From NCBI GenBank assembly GCA_001599295.1, contig BCGN01000007.1:1105791-1169790 (forward strand): DNA of 64,000 nucleotides. The letters run 5' to 3'. Every line of letters begins with the position of its first letter. Positions within the stretch are counted from its first letter, which is position 1. The notes under the pieces are model-generated. The model made no database searches. It saw only the letters and a program-made list of their open reading frames with translations, and had not been told where the DNA came from. The stretch is from Sporopachydermia quercuum (Eukaryota). This document shows, piece by piece, positions 23,699 through 36,769 of this stretch. The position numbers and the translations under genes were made by a program.

Positions 23699-24929
23699 AT
23701 AAGCATGCGTTCACATATGAGGGTTCGTTTCTCATGCTGATGTGAAAACTGTATGGCCAAGTACGATATATAAAGAGTAATGTCTATGTTTTTANGTTTA
23801 TTTATATTTATCCCTAAGCTAGAGTATTTGTAGTTTCTGGATATCGTCATTGTTGATTTATATTTGTAGGTAGGGCGATACTTAATGCGTTACTTATGGT
23901 TCTTTAGCGTTAGAAATACAGGAATTATAATGCATTCTATGCATAATGTAGGAGCATTAAACAATCTTTCATTATTTGGTTCTTCATTGACATATTTTCT
24001 GTACTCTGTTCATCATCTTTCAAGTTTTCAATGAAATCATACGATGAGCAGTCATGTGAATCGACCGTATAAATGAATGTTCAAACATTGTTTTCTATAC
24101 TTTATCTTATCTTCTTGTCAAACGCGAAGAATATATCATATTTACCTGATATGTGGTAGTTCTTTGAGGTGTGTTCTTTGTAAGTTAAATAGTTAATACA
24201 AAAAACATTCTGTAGTATTAATGGTGGTAACATATTCAGAATTTTCTACAATTGATACATCAATTGTAGAATCTGATCAGTTATTAAAAAATACTACATG
24301 AAAACTCTTGAAATCTAATAGGTGGCAGTATTTCACATAGGATTCTTGATAACATATGTACAGTAATAATAATAGGTATCATGCAGATAATGATCCCTAC
24401 CTGGATAGCAGTTTATTCTATATTATACTTCATATACCTATTTTATACCTTATAGTGCAGATAATTCTACTTCATAGTTTTCTGATGATATATATAGCAG
24501 TTTTTGGAGCCATATATTTCTGTGCCTATGCTTAAGTATCAATCGTCATTACCAGTTCCTGTTACTATTGTAGATAAAAGTAGGGCAAAAAAAATTAAGT
24601 AGGATAAGTGATTGGTAAATAATAAATAATCTCTTAATAAAATACAATGCAAATATGCCTCTTAAGCTTCTAGTAATCAGTCATGGAGCATATGCAGTTG
24701 AAATATTTTATTGTGGTGGTATAATTTGAATTCAAGCATTTAACCAGCCTTGATTATTTATCATACTGCATACAACTGCACTCATGGCACTTATGACACG
24801 GCCTACGTTACATCTCCGACTACATCTACGTTTAATGATAGCACAAATAAATATATCAGTTCACTTAGAAATTAAAGTGCAAGATGGAGTCAATAATGAT
24901 AATCTATATAATTATTAACGACTTCTTAT

Positions 24930-26698
24930 TCAGATATTAACAGACTTATGGAAGTCCTTACCGGCGTAGATGGCCTTATCACCGAGTTCTTCCTCAATTC
25001 TCAAGATTTGATTCAACTTGGCCAAACGTTCGGATCTAGCAGGGGCACCAGTCTTGATTTGACCGGATCTCAAACCAACAGAGATATCGGCTATAGTGGT
25101 ATCTTCGGTTTCACCAGATCTGTGGGAAACCATGACACCCCAACCAGCAGCATAAGAGTCCTTGGCGGCTTGAATAGATTCAGTAAGAGTACCAATTTGG
25201 TTGACCTTCAGTAATAAACCATCAGCACACTTCTTTTCAATGGCTTCCTTAATTCTGAGAGGGTTGGTGACGGTCAAATCATCAGCAACAATTTGGATGT
25301 CAGTGTTGGCGAAGAAATGGGTCCAGGCATCCCAATCGTCTTCAGCGAAAGGATCTTCAAGGGAAACGATAGGATAGTCCTTGATTAATTCAAGGTATAA
25401 ATCAGACAATTGCTGACCAGTCAACCACTTGGAAGGGTCAGAGTTAGGGTTCTTGAAGTCTAAATCGTACTTTCCTTCCTTGTAAAATTCAGAAGAGGCG
25501 GCATCAAGAGCAATACCGACCTTTCCTTCGTAACCAGCTTGCTTGATAGCGTTGAAAACGAGATCAAGAGCTTCTCTTGGGGATTCGATATCAGGGGCAA
25601 CACCACCTTCATCACCAACGTTACCAGCAGAAGTACCGTAGGTCTTCTTGGCCAAAGACTTCAAGATTTGGTAAACTTCAGCGCCGTATCTAAGACCTTC
25701 AGAGAAAGAAGGAGCACCAAAAGGAACAATCATGAATTCTTGGATGGCAAGGGCACCGCCAGCGTGGGAACCACCGTTAAGAACGTTTTGGAAAGGAACA
25801 GGTAAAACGTATGGCTTAGGAGAATCAGCCAAGTCAGAAATATGAGCATACAATGGGACACCCTTTTGAGCAGCACCAGCCTTAGCAGCAGCAAGGGAGA
25901 TACCGAGGATGGCATTGGCACCGTACTTACCCTTGTTAGGAGTACCGTCGAGCTTGATGAGGAATTCATCGATGGCCTTTTGGTCAGTGACAGGGATGTC
26001 AGCCTTGATCAAAGCAGGTCCCAAAATGTCGTTGACGTTGGCAACAGCGGTGAGGACACCCTTTCCGCCCCACTTGGTCTTGTCACCATCTCTGAGTTCC
26101 AAAGCTTCGTGCACACCAGTGGAGGCACCAGAGGGAACAATAGCTCTGAATAAGCCTTTTTCAGTGGTAAGGTCAACTTCAACAGTTGGATTTCCTAGAT
26201 TATTGTTAGCTTGAATGTTTGAATGGTGACTTTCACTTTTGGAAGTTCTATTTTCCGGATTTCCTCACTCAATTGCTTTTCCTTCGGTGAATTTTCATGA
26301 TAAATCGATTAGCTCTCGTTCAACCGAAACCTCAATTCCGTCTAATATCAGGTGTCAGATATTTCCTATTCCTATCGTAGTGACTTCTCCAGAATATTCT
26401 TGAGACATGCATTATTCCTGCGCAATTATACACATCCACTGCCAGCTATAATAAGTAGTCGCTGCAGGTAGTCAAATGATACACCAAGAGCAATTGCAGC
26501 TCTGGACTCAATTGACAGGCGGACGGTGAACAATTGAACATACAATAAAATAAGTCTCCGATGAAAGCAGAAAAGAAGTAACAAATAAGCAAGTGGAGGA
26601 AAATGGCCTATTCTCAGTTAGATCATCAATAGATCGAGCAATTCAAACTTACCACGAGAGTCGTAGACGTATCTGGAGTGAATCTTTTCAATAGCCAT
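24930..26698 (-). CDS. ENO1: Enolase, 2 exons (26698-26653, 26194-24930), 436 aa
   Basis: [32 protein letters not shown] and SHRSGETED; 458-nt intron GTAAGT...GCTAAC...TAG; strong codon bias. Confidence 0.98.
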
Positions 26699-26875
26699 TT
26701 TTATATAGTGTTATGTCGATAAGTAAAGAATAAGATGATTACAATGTAAAATGAACCTCAATCTTTGCTGTAATACTGTAAACATGAAAAGGAAAAGAAA
26801 AAGAAAAATAAAAGAAAGAAAAGAAAAAGAAACCAAAGGACAACGAGGTTAGAAGAAGAGAAGAGGAGTTCTGAT

Positions 26876-26990
26876 GGAAGTGGATGCGAGAATGCAGGAA
26901 GAATAAGTGATTTTATAGTGACAGATTATGTACGCAACAAGGGGTCAATTGTACGCAACAGGAAGAATGTGTCGTAGGGTAGTGGATGAG
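26876..26990 (-). promoter_or_regulatory. Enolase promoter: TATA box, duplicated 11-mer and CWTCC boxes
   Basis: TATAAAA on the minus strand at 26917-26911; TGTACGCAACA at 26929-26939 and 26950-26960; GGAAG/GGATG at 26876, 26882, 26897, 26961 and 26984. Confidence 0.5.
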
Positions 26991-29161
26991 TGAGAAGCAG
27001 GTGATTGATTGAACTGAAATAGAGGAAGAACAAAGGATTTGATAATAGTACAACAAATGCGTTGTTTGTTCTTTATAGTCAAAACAGCTTACGGTTTTGA
27101 CTGTCTGTTAGCGACTCCTTCCTTTTGCAATCGGAGAAACTGAAACCATGAAGGTGATTCATCCACATTTGACAACTGATTGTTCCTCTAATGATCTATA
27201 AGGTATGCCACTTGTTAACTTATTCCATATTACATTCAATTGCTACAAGTATACTTTACTAGATCAATTTCGCCTTGTTGCTCATCATTTTCATCTTCTC
27301 TAAGAGATTCTTCACTTGTATGTCATACCTACAGTTATTACGCTATATCCAGTCCGTTGCCATTAACTGTATAAATCGTATTTATGTCAATAGATAATTC
27401 ATTACTCACTGTAATATTTTCTTCATATACTAAAACAGAGTAGTTTTCTTCTCCTCTTCGTTTCATTAAAAGTTCCTAGTCATTTAATTATACCGCAATG
27501 CAAACCCGGATGAATAGAGGGTCGATCGCAGCAGTGATCCAATTTCAATGGCACCCCATTTCGGAATAATTAAGTGAAAAAAGACAAAAATGGTGGAAGG
27601 ATTGAACTCAAATGTGGATTAATGAATAAATGTAGAAAAGAAAAACTAATAGATGGAAAGAATTAAATTAAAAAAAATAAAGAGTCAAGTAAATTCGTAT
27701 AATAGGTGAAAGAGACAAGTTTTCAAATATTCGATTGTTCTGTTCCATTTATATTGTTGCTTTGCTTGAAAATGGTTCTCAATGGATTCTGCACTCTGGT
27801 CATTTGATAGCATGTAATACCACATATAGTATAATAATATGCGGTAACTTAGGGTGATTAGCAAAGAACACGATGTTTGAAAAGCTTAAGGAGCTAATAA
27901 TGAAGGCAAATCATTAGGACAGGCCGCATGAAAATGACAAAGAAATGAACAAGGATTCATGTGGGTTCTATTTGATACTTAAGCCTGACAAGGGAAATTA
28001 GCGGTTTGACCCCTACTTGGTCAGACACATCGAAACCTATCACCGTCAATTGACTGGGATAAGACAATACACTACAATACAGAATGCTATGAAAATGTGA
28101 CAGAAGGCACTTCCAATTGAATGAGAAATGAATCAACTATTACTATTTCAAAGAATATCATCATATATATTTATAGGAGAAACAGAGAAAATGAGGTACT
28201 TCGACTCCATAGCCAGGCTAATTCTAGCTAGGTCAACTGTAGCCATCATACCAATTGTAACTCGCAATTCTATCTGTCACTTTGTCACCGCTCGCTAACT
28301 ACCCAAGAGAAACAAATCAATTCTCATCAACTCCCTTGCATAGTTCATTTGATCCAACTGAATCAACCTTTGTCTCTACATCATATTAGATACCTGCTTA
28401 CTTTATCAACCATCTGATCCAACATGACTCGATTCTGTATAAAGTGCTTTTCCTTCTAATTTGCACATCGTGCACTCTTATGCATGATTCATGGATCTTG
28501 CTGCATTATGAAATCTAAACTGAAACTTCCGTATATTTTTTAAACTTACTCTTGTTGCAACCATGCTAGACTGAATTGAATAGGAGATGCAACGTTGTGA
28601 TTAAAATCAATTTTAGTAACAAATAACGCTGCCGAATGGTTAACTATTCTATATTTGAAACTTACAATCTTTTTCTTTATTCATGTTTTTACTTTTCCTT
28701 TATTATGCTCTAATATATTTACAAAGCAAGACAATCTTCAGTAGGATATCGGAAATATGTACCGTATATTTATATTAGAAACTTCACACATAGTTTCCGA
28801 TATTGTCCATTTCCAGTCCCAATTAGAATCCGAATAGATTCTCCCTCGAACAGGTCTTATTCGGTCTAAGGGACTGAGGAAATTTTCAGGAAAACATCAA
28901 ACTATCATGCAATTGCAAAGTCACAATATATAAACCCCACATTTGAGGAAATTCCTTTTGATTCCTTTCGATTGCTCCATAGTTTACTGTTCTGGCTCAT
29001 CTCATCAACTCAATTTAAGATTAATTCCTGATCTTACCGCTTTTACCCTACCTTTTCCGGAACTCGAAAATAATTCGGAGAGCGAATACAAAGAGTTGAA
29101 CAGTGACAATCAATTACCATACTAACAACTCCCAATCAGTCTATTTTGATAATAAAGTGAG

Positions 29162-30286
29162 TTAATCGGTGAACTTGAAACTTCCACTTGCCATTGTAAT
29201 GGATCCTCCACGATAGGAGCCTTTCTTCATCTTATTCTTGGCCTTAGTAAAGCCTTTACCTCGGGTTTGCATTAACTTATCATTGGCCACTTCACCCCAA
29301 TTTCCAGCAGCTCCTTTATATGTATTATCTTTGACTACTTCACTAGCAAAAACAACTTTCTCACGTTCAATTCTGGAAAAATGTTTTCTCTTTTTACTAG
29401 AACTTTCATTACCAGGTTCTGGTGATGTAGATGTGTTATCAGAGGTATCACCGTAGGATCGTTTCAATGATTTAGATTTTGCTTCTGTTGAATTGGATTC
29501 GGATTTACTGGATTTTGTTTTGGGATTTGAGTCAGAATCAGAGTCAGAGTCAGAGTCAGAGCCAGATGTTGAATCAGAGTCAGAGCCAGATGTTGAATCA
29601 GAGTCAGAGCCAGAGTCGGAATCAGAGCTCGAGTCGGAACTGGAGGAATCAGAAGAGCTTGAGCTGGAGCCAGATTCGGAGTCAGATTCGGAGTCAGATT
29701 CGGAGTCAGATGAACTGGAGTCCGCTTTTTTCCCTTCTTTCTTTAGTGTAACAGCTTTTGATTTTGGCTTTTTCGTCTCAGGTTCAGATTCATGTTCAGA
29801 ATCTGAGGAGTCGGAATCAGAATCGGATTCAGAGTCCGACGAATCGGAACCCGAAGAATTAGAATCAGAATCAGAATCGGAATTGGAATCAGACTTTTTA
29901 CTTGCTTTATTGCTTTGTTCCTTCTTCTTATCATCTTTCTCATTTGTCTTTTTATCCTCGTCTTCGCCACTGTCACTGTCGCTATCACTGTCGCTTGAGC
30001 TAGAACCACTATTGCTGTCGCTGTCGGTATCACTTGAGCTATCACTATCATTTTCTTCACCTTTCTTCAGATCCTTAACAGTTTTGTTTTCCTTCCACAT
30101 ATGATAGATTCCTTCCAAAGGAAACAAATCATTTCCCATATCTCCAACTTCTTCATCATATTTCTCAACTTCCTTCTTCAATGCTTTATATGCTTTTGGA
30201 TAGCTTCTTTGTAAGAAGTCCAATACATATGGAGCAAGCTCTTGCTTGCTTGCTAATGCTGTATAATCAATCTTAGATTCAACCAT
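29162..30286 (-). CDS. SRP40: Nucleolar Ser-rich protein Srp40 (Nopp140 homolog), 374 aa
   Basis: LisH-like N-terminus; Ser/Asp repeat tracts; C-terminal HFSRI...RGKGFTKAKNKMKKGSYRGGSI motif. Confidence 0.95.
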   Translation of the reverse strand: MVESKIDYTALASKQELAPYVLDFLQRSYPKAYKALKKEVEKYDEEVGDMGNDLFPLEGIYHMWKENKTVKDLKKGEENDSDSSSDTDSDSNSGSSSSDSDSDSDSGEDEDKKTNEKDDKKKEQSNKASKKSDSNSDSDSDSNSSGSDSSDSESDSDSDSSDSEHESEPETKKPKSKAVTLKKEGKKADSSSSDSESDSESDSESGSSSSSSDSSSSDSSSDSDSGSDSDSTSGSDSDSTSGSDSDSDSDSDSNPKTKSSKSESNSTEAKSKSLKRSYGDTSDNTSTSPEPGNESSSKKRKHFSRIEREKVVFASEVVKDNTYKGAAGNWGEVANDKLMQTRGKGFTKAKNKMKKGSYRGGSITMASGSFKFTD

Positions 30287-30433
30287 TTTGAACTTTTCCC
30301 CACTCTATAAATCCATCGTAGGTTGCGATTGCAAATGTGATCTATCTATGTAGAGATTAATTGTTCGGTTCTATAGAACAATAAGCAACCCCAAACAACA
30401 GATACAACGAGCTTTATCTTTTTGTATAATAAA

Positions 30434-30625
30434 GAAAATTTTTGAAAAAAAAAAAAAAAAAATGCAATGGTTGAACAGAGTTGCTTTTTTGGGAAGCAAG
30501 AACTTAAGCTCTTAAACAGATTACCTAATCAACTAACAATAATATTTGTTTATGACATAATCAAGGAAGAAGAATTGATTTGAAATCACGAAATCCTTGA
30601 AACCTGAGTATATTGGTGATGAGAT
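30434..30625. promoter_or_regulatory. RRPE-like and PAC-like ribosome-biogenesis elements with a poly(dA) tract upstream of SRP40
   Basis: GAAAATTTTT at 30434-30443; A-tract at 30445-30462; GTGATGAGAT at 30616-30625. Confidence 0.5.
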
Positions 30626-32169
30626 CAGTTAGTAGTTCAGTATGAAATGCAGAACATTGATCGAGAAAATGTTGTCTATGTTCCCATCAAAGTATCTAGA
30701 TAGTGAACATTCGATCCATCATACTGTTGTATAACAAATAATAGTACCCATTACCCATATTTGCATTGTGATCTTTTAGCTGCCTCGTTTTTAAACATTG
30801 AATGTTCCAATTACATGGATCTCACACCAACACTTGATTCCCCAACCGCCAACACTCTAGCACTAACAAGAGAATCAAGCAAAATGCTTCCGAAGGAAGT
30901 TATAGATATAGAGACTCCAAATAGCTATTTCAATTTTCACATCAAGAAATCTCTAACCGAGGCTTCAGTTGATGCCATAAACCGTTTTAGTGTTAGGGTA
31001 TATGCGGTATTAACTTCGCTCGCATGTTGTTGCAGGTCGTCACTTGTAGATTAATGGTGATGAAAGGCATCCATGATAAATCGGAGCTTCAACAGAAAGC
31101 ACTTGAATACTCAGAAGCACCTATTGAAAACTCCTGAAAGTAAGAAATCTTTTCTAATGGTACGTTTACCAGGTATCCTTTCNATGACCCTTTTAGGCGC
31201 TCTCTTAATGATCTTTTTCCATCTCTATCTCTCCTTTAATGGTGAGACTTCTAATCTTCTTCAGTAGTAGTGTAGTTTTTTGGCGATTCAGTTCCACGAG
31301 TATTTCATTTTCATGTCAAACCTTTAGGTCTACAAGCATCATCTACTTTAACCCATATTTTGCTTCAAAAAACATCCCAACCTCTGGTTGTCCACATTTC
31401 ATAACAGCTATCAAGCAGTTCAATCTCTGAGAAGACCTCTACTACCAATGTTGTTTTCCTTATCAAGCAACTAATCACTCTTCAACATATATAACCATCA
31501 ACGGATCTTCTATTATTAGTCTAGCTTCAAATTCCAGTGACACAGCTCATGAACGGCGCTCTCTTATATCAACCGCCCGTCGTAACAAATCATTTCCATT
31601 CCAACAAACCATCTCTTTTATCAATGGCATTCTGAATGGCATTCTTCCCGTCTATCAATAATTCACAATCTTCCTTCTGAGTGTTCATGTACCTCTTATC
31701 GCGCATATTCATGCATACTTTTCTTCACATGCATTTCCTATTCGATACAGCAGCAGTAGACGAATTCAGTTGCTGCTTGACTAATCCATTTCCTTGTGTT
31801 GTTCTACTCGCTGCTACGATAGAGCTATTTCTTAGTAAAGGAAGAAAATATACAATTATATAACATATGTACTGGTCTTGTTTGCTTGTTGTTTGCATAA
31901 GTTGCGCTATTGGCTTTCTGGTTAGCACTACCACTGTTTCACGAGTTTACTTGTAATAACAAGGTGCGGCAGACACCGTTATCTATCCTAACGCAGACTT
32001 AATTATTTGGACCTACATAAGATAAAACTACACTTACATCGAGAAGCAAGTTTTGTATACGTTGTTTTTAGATGATTGATAGCAACAGCAGTGGTTGAAA
32101 AAATAGAACTAAAGAGGAATTAAGAGGAAAAGCAGGTTGCTAGATTATAGAGTATATCAAGTGCTAGCA

Positions 32170-33424
32170 ATGGGTCAACCACATTCAATTGAGCGATTAG
32201 AGCAAATCAGCGTAAGTAAATGCATGAACACATTATTGATGGTACCACATTTTACTTGAACTGTTGTATATCAACTTTCATCCCAACCTTGTAAAAGACC
32301 TCATACTAACTATCATCATACAGGCTCAATTGACTCCTAATCCTACTTCTAGTGAATCGCCAGTGGCTTTCACTGGAGGATGGGTCAAACTGAAGGTATG
32401 TGAATAAAGCTGAAGTAATATAGTAAGAGAAATATGTTTTACAACTGTAAATATGGAAGCCCTTCAACTGACGAAAACTAACGATTGAAGCTCATTAAAA
32501 TAGAAAAACTGACTAGAAACGTAAGTTGCAACAAGTGATTATATAATACTATAGATCGTACACTCTATTTCCAGGTACCTTTGTTTGCAACGAAATCTCT
32601 TATACTAACTATCAATACAGACAAATCGGTTCACATTTGAACTGCCATCACCGGACCAAGTAGCTGGGCTTCCTGTCACATCTTCATTAAGCATTCGATA
32701 TAGAACACCAGATGGGCAAACTATCACCAGATCATATACTCCAGTGAACAATTTACATGATAAAGGATTTATTCAGTTGATCGTCAAATGGTACATTCGT
32801 GGTCTGATGTCTACCTATTTATTTTCTAGACGAGTGGGCGATTATGTTGAGTTTTTCGGTCCTAAGAAGAAGTATCCATGGAAAGCAAATGCCTTAAAGG
32901 AAGTTGCATTATTAGGCGCTGGAACGGGTATCGCTCCANTATACCAACTGATTGAGGGTATATTATCAAATCATGATGATAAAACCAAAATTTCATTGTA
33001 TTATGGTAATGTATGTATTTTTGTTGGCTGATATGACAGATAACTATTGATGCATTTATTGTCGATCTTGATTTTTTGAGCTTCATTACTTCATATACTA
33101 ACAGTACCCTTCTAGCTGTCTGAAGATGACATTCTACTGTCTGAGAGTTTAGACCAACTAGCTTCTGTTTTTCCTGATCAATTCTCAGTGACATATTTCA
33201 TTGATAGACCCAAGAACAAAGAAAGCTGGACTCATGAGGTAGGATTCATTACTAAAAGCTATCTGAAGAATCATCTATTTAGCCCTAGCATTGGAAATCA
33301 AGGGCTTATCTTTGTATGTGGCCCTGGACCATTCCAAGAGGCATTCTTGGGAGATGGTACCAACGAGAAGCCTGGTATTCTGTATGAATTGGGTTATTCT
33401 GACGATCAAATATATGAATTCTAA
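32170..33424 (+). CDS. NADH-cytochrome b5 reductase (Mcr1-like), 5 exons (32170-32211, 32324-32395, 32491-32520, 32621-33010, 33116-33424), 280 aa
   Basis: TNRFTFELP, RSYTP (FAD), GLMS, GAGTGIAP, YGN|LSEDDILL, CGP and terminal YEF. Four phase-0 introns with ACTAAC branch points. Confidence 0.88.
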
Positions 33425-33684
33425 ATTTGTCATTGTCACATTCACTTTCAATGTATGCTATTCGTTTGATAGTTGCTTTACTTGCTAGGAATGCAGTTTT
33501 AGTTTACTCATCATACGCTGACAAACAGCACAACATAACCCTTAGGTGTAAAGCATCCAATGCTTGAAATTTTTTCAAATAATAATAATATTACTAATAC
33601 TAATATATATATAATCATAATATATAATACATGAATACCAGAGGGTATTTACCTTATCTCTTCCTCAATTACTGATTAACAAGC

Positions 33685-35748
33685 TTATTTATCAGAATTG
33701 TCTTCCTTTTCTAATTCATTCAGAAAGAAAGTCTCGTGTGATTCTAAGCTTGATTGAACGTGTAGTTTGAAATTAATAATAAATTCAATCATACTTTGAA
33801 CTTCACGATGCATTGCCTCTCTGACCGATTTTAGATTTCGTTCAAGCTTATTATACTCCATAGTTACTGTTTGATACCTTTGTTCAATGCTCATGTTGCT
33901 TTTCTGGAGATCTTTACTCATTTTACTTAGTTCTCTCTCCAAACGTTCAATCTCAGCGTTGGATGATGATAAATCAGCGCTAGTTGTTTCGTATAATTCT
34001 TCGTAGGAAAGCTTTTCGCTATTCAGCTTAGCTTCCAGTGCTTCAACTCTTTCCTTCTTGTCAATGAAAGACTCATTCATCAAATCTAGCGTTTCCTGAA
34101 GTTTGATTGAATCATCTTGTAGTCTATGAACAACATTTGCAACTTCATTTCTAATATTCTGTAGTTTAATTCGGAAATCCCGGGTTAAGTCTTTTCCTTG
34201 TAAGAGTTGATCAGGCTTTAGTCCCAGTTTATCTTCAGATAACAAGTTGTCCATCGTCACTTCAAAGTTGGTATCATTTTCACCACTGAATCGTGAAATC
34301 GCTGACCGAATTTTATATATTTGAGTGTTATACTTATCTATGTGTTGGATTAGAGAACTAGCAAGCTCAGACACCTCGTTTTCCTTTCCTTGCATTCGCT
34401 TTTCCAGTTCAAAATGTTTCTCATCAATAGATTCTTTGATTTTGAGTAATCGTTCATTTTCATTGTTTATTCTGTCAATTTCGGCAGGTTGTAAGCCCTG
34501 CTGCGCTATCTGCTTATTCAACTCTTCTTTCTCTTTTTCATATTTGATTTGTAGCTGCTTGATATTCTGGATTTCTTCTTCAATACTGCGGATGGTATTT
34601 TCTGTTTTATTCTTCTTGGACTCCAGTAGTTCAGTAAAAGCTTGGAATTTTTCAATATCACCTTCCAAAGTCTTTGCTTTCTTTTCTGCGGCCTCTAAGA
34701 ATGACGAGTATTTAGAGATTTCCCTTAGTTCATTCTCCAACGCAGTGTTTTCTTCGTTCAATTCCTTTATCATATCATTCAGGGGCCCATTGATTTGATT
34801 CAGTTCTTGTTCCAACTCTTCTAAATACAGCTGTGACGATCCTTCTTCGTCCGCCATGTAGCTGGCGTATGAGTTAATGAAGTACTGGGTTATTAGTTGG
34901 TTGGTTCTAGTAGATTCTGTTTCATCGTCCAGTTCATAATCATGGTTATCGAACTTATCCATAGTAGTATTGAGTTCCACCAGCCAGTGCAACACACCTA
35001 GAAATATATGCCAGTTTTGGCCGCCCACTGCGGAGATTTGGGACTTGTTTATGCTTTCTAAGTAAGGATAACAAATAGATTTCAAAATGAAAAACACTTC
35101 GAAATCAATTGATCGCGTAAACTTATAGCCAGGGTCTAGTTTCCTGTAGAGCCATTGAAAGATGATGACAAAATCCTTTTGCGTGGGACTTCTAAGCGTT
35201 TTCTGGTTTAAAGGATACTTCATTTCTAACTCAAATCGATGAGACTGTAAAAATGCCATAATTTCTTCTTGCATCATCTGTTGATATTGCTTATCTCTTA
35301 GTGGTCTTGGATCCTTAGTAAGAGTGCTGCCAGAACCAATGATGGTTCCAACACCTATTCCCATATTTATATTTCCATTGCCCATCCCAAACGACGACGG
35401 TCGCTTCTTTGCTGATGAAGGAGCATAACTATTTCTGAAACTACTTCTTTTGGTAAGATTGGCCCCACTGTTATTCTCTTTATCTATGTCCATTGACATA
35501 TTACCTCCAGAGCTATTTNTAGGTATTCCCATAGACTTCTGAGGTAGAACAGATAGCCTGCTGTTGGTGCTAAACACTGGGGCTCCAACTGTGCTCTGTC
35601 TCATGTTGACAGCTAAAGATCGACTGGAGTTTGAAGCCGAGCGCTTGAGGGATGATGTTGGCTGTGGGATATGAGATGTGTTTTGGTCTAATGGTTGCAA
35701 TGGATTTGACGCTTGAGAGCGTCTGTAGTTAAATAAATCCTGTGACAT
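33685..35748 (-). CDS. NDC80: Kinetochore protein Ndc80/Hec1, 687 aa
   Basis: KDPRPLRDK, PTQKDF, YPYLESINKSQISAVGGQNW CH domain followed by a long coiled coil. Confidence 0.97.
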   Translation of the reverse strand: MSQDLFNYRRSQASNPLQPLDQNTSHIPQPTSSLKRSASNSSRSLAVNMRQSTVGAPVFSTNSRLSVLPQKSMGIPXNSSGGNMSMDIDKENNSGANLTKRSSFRNSYAPSSAKKRPSSFGMGNGNINMGIGVGTIIGSGSTLTKDPRPLRDKQYQQMMQEEIMAFLQSHRFELEMKYPLNQKTLRSPTQKDFVIIFQWLYRKLDPGYKFTRSIDFEVFFILKSICYPYLESINKSQISAVGGQNWHIFLGVLHWLVELNTTMDKFDNHDYELDDETESTRTNQLITQYFINSYASYMADEEGSSQLYLEELEQELNQINGPLNDMIKELNEENTALENELREISKYSSFLEAAEKKAKTLEGDIEKFQAFTELLESKKNKTENTIRSIEEEIQNIKQLQIKYEKEKEELNKQIAQQGLQPAEIDRINNENERLLKIKESIDEKHFELEKRMQGKENEVSELASSLIQHIDKYNTQIYKIRSAISRFSGENDTNFEVTMDNLLSEDKLGLKPDQLLQGKDLTRDFRIKLQNIRNEVANVVHRLQDDSIKLQETLDLMNESFIDKKERVEALEAKLNSEKLSYEELYETTSADLSSSNAEIERLERELSKMSKDLQKSNMSIEQRYQTVTMEYNKLERNLKSVREAMHREVQSMIEFIINFKLHVQSSLESHETFFLNELEKEDNSDK

Positions 35749-36769
35749 GATAGTGGGGATGATTTTATGTCAATAACTAAAGCACTTCAAAATGGATGTG
35801 TGATAGTTGTATTAATGGTGCTCTTTTATTGTTTGCTATTAATTTCGGGGTTATATCTTTTGACTCGAACCTGCCTGACTTCACTTCCTTCGTCTACTGT
35901 TTCCTGATCGCAATCCTGAATGGTAATACCTAGAATAGTGTCAATCTACAATATTCCCTTGACAGCAGGCAATCCAGTCTTGTAACACAGTATTGTAGAT
36001 CCTATTACTAGTATCACTACAAGTAAGTACAGTTATAGAAGCTGATCAGCACATCATGGACAAGCGATTACTTTTCATTGCAAAAAAATACGAACTGTCG
36101 CAGAGTTGATGTGAAATAGGCACAAAAGATAAACGAACACAGGTACCACAATATTTACAAAAGTCTCTTTTAGGAAACTAGCTATCAGCCCGTTGTGTTG
36201 CTACAGAAACGGTAAGAAAGTATCCCAATCAGGTACTACTCACCTAAAGTGTCAATTTTACATCATTTCCGGAATTCACGGCACTCAAAAGCTTGTTATC
36301 AATAACGTAATCATTAATCAGTTTTTCCCCACGAGTGAAAAATTATATTGATTTGTATGGAGGATCGCTGTTTCTATGGATAAACCTTCTTATTATGAGT
36401 AGTAAGGCTCTTTTGATAATTAGTCATACGGAAGAATCAGATATAATTTGTTTGTTGAGGGATTGAAATATTTGCTTGCTGAGCGTATTTCTGTGAATCT
36501 CGACTGCACTGCATTGCTAAGTATATTGTTGGCGATTATTGTTGACTTGCTCTATGGGGATATCCAACTTTTAGTGAAAAGTCACTGCTAACAGTAGATC
36601 TGTTTGATCAGTACACTAGGTTTTTGCATATTACTGGAAGGAAAATCAAAATTTTGAGGCCTGAAAAGAGGTTTATCTGGTTTGCTATTAATCCTCTACT
36701 CACCATTAGATTGCATCATCATCTATTGCTTGTCACCACATGGCACAACTACACTTTTCTACTGCCAAA

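Noticed and set aside
29493..30104. Long antisense ORFs over SRP40, LAM, CorA, ENO1 and SGO1
   Set aside because: Shadows of low-complexity or codon-biased sense genes, many with non-ATG starts.
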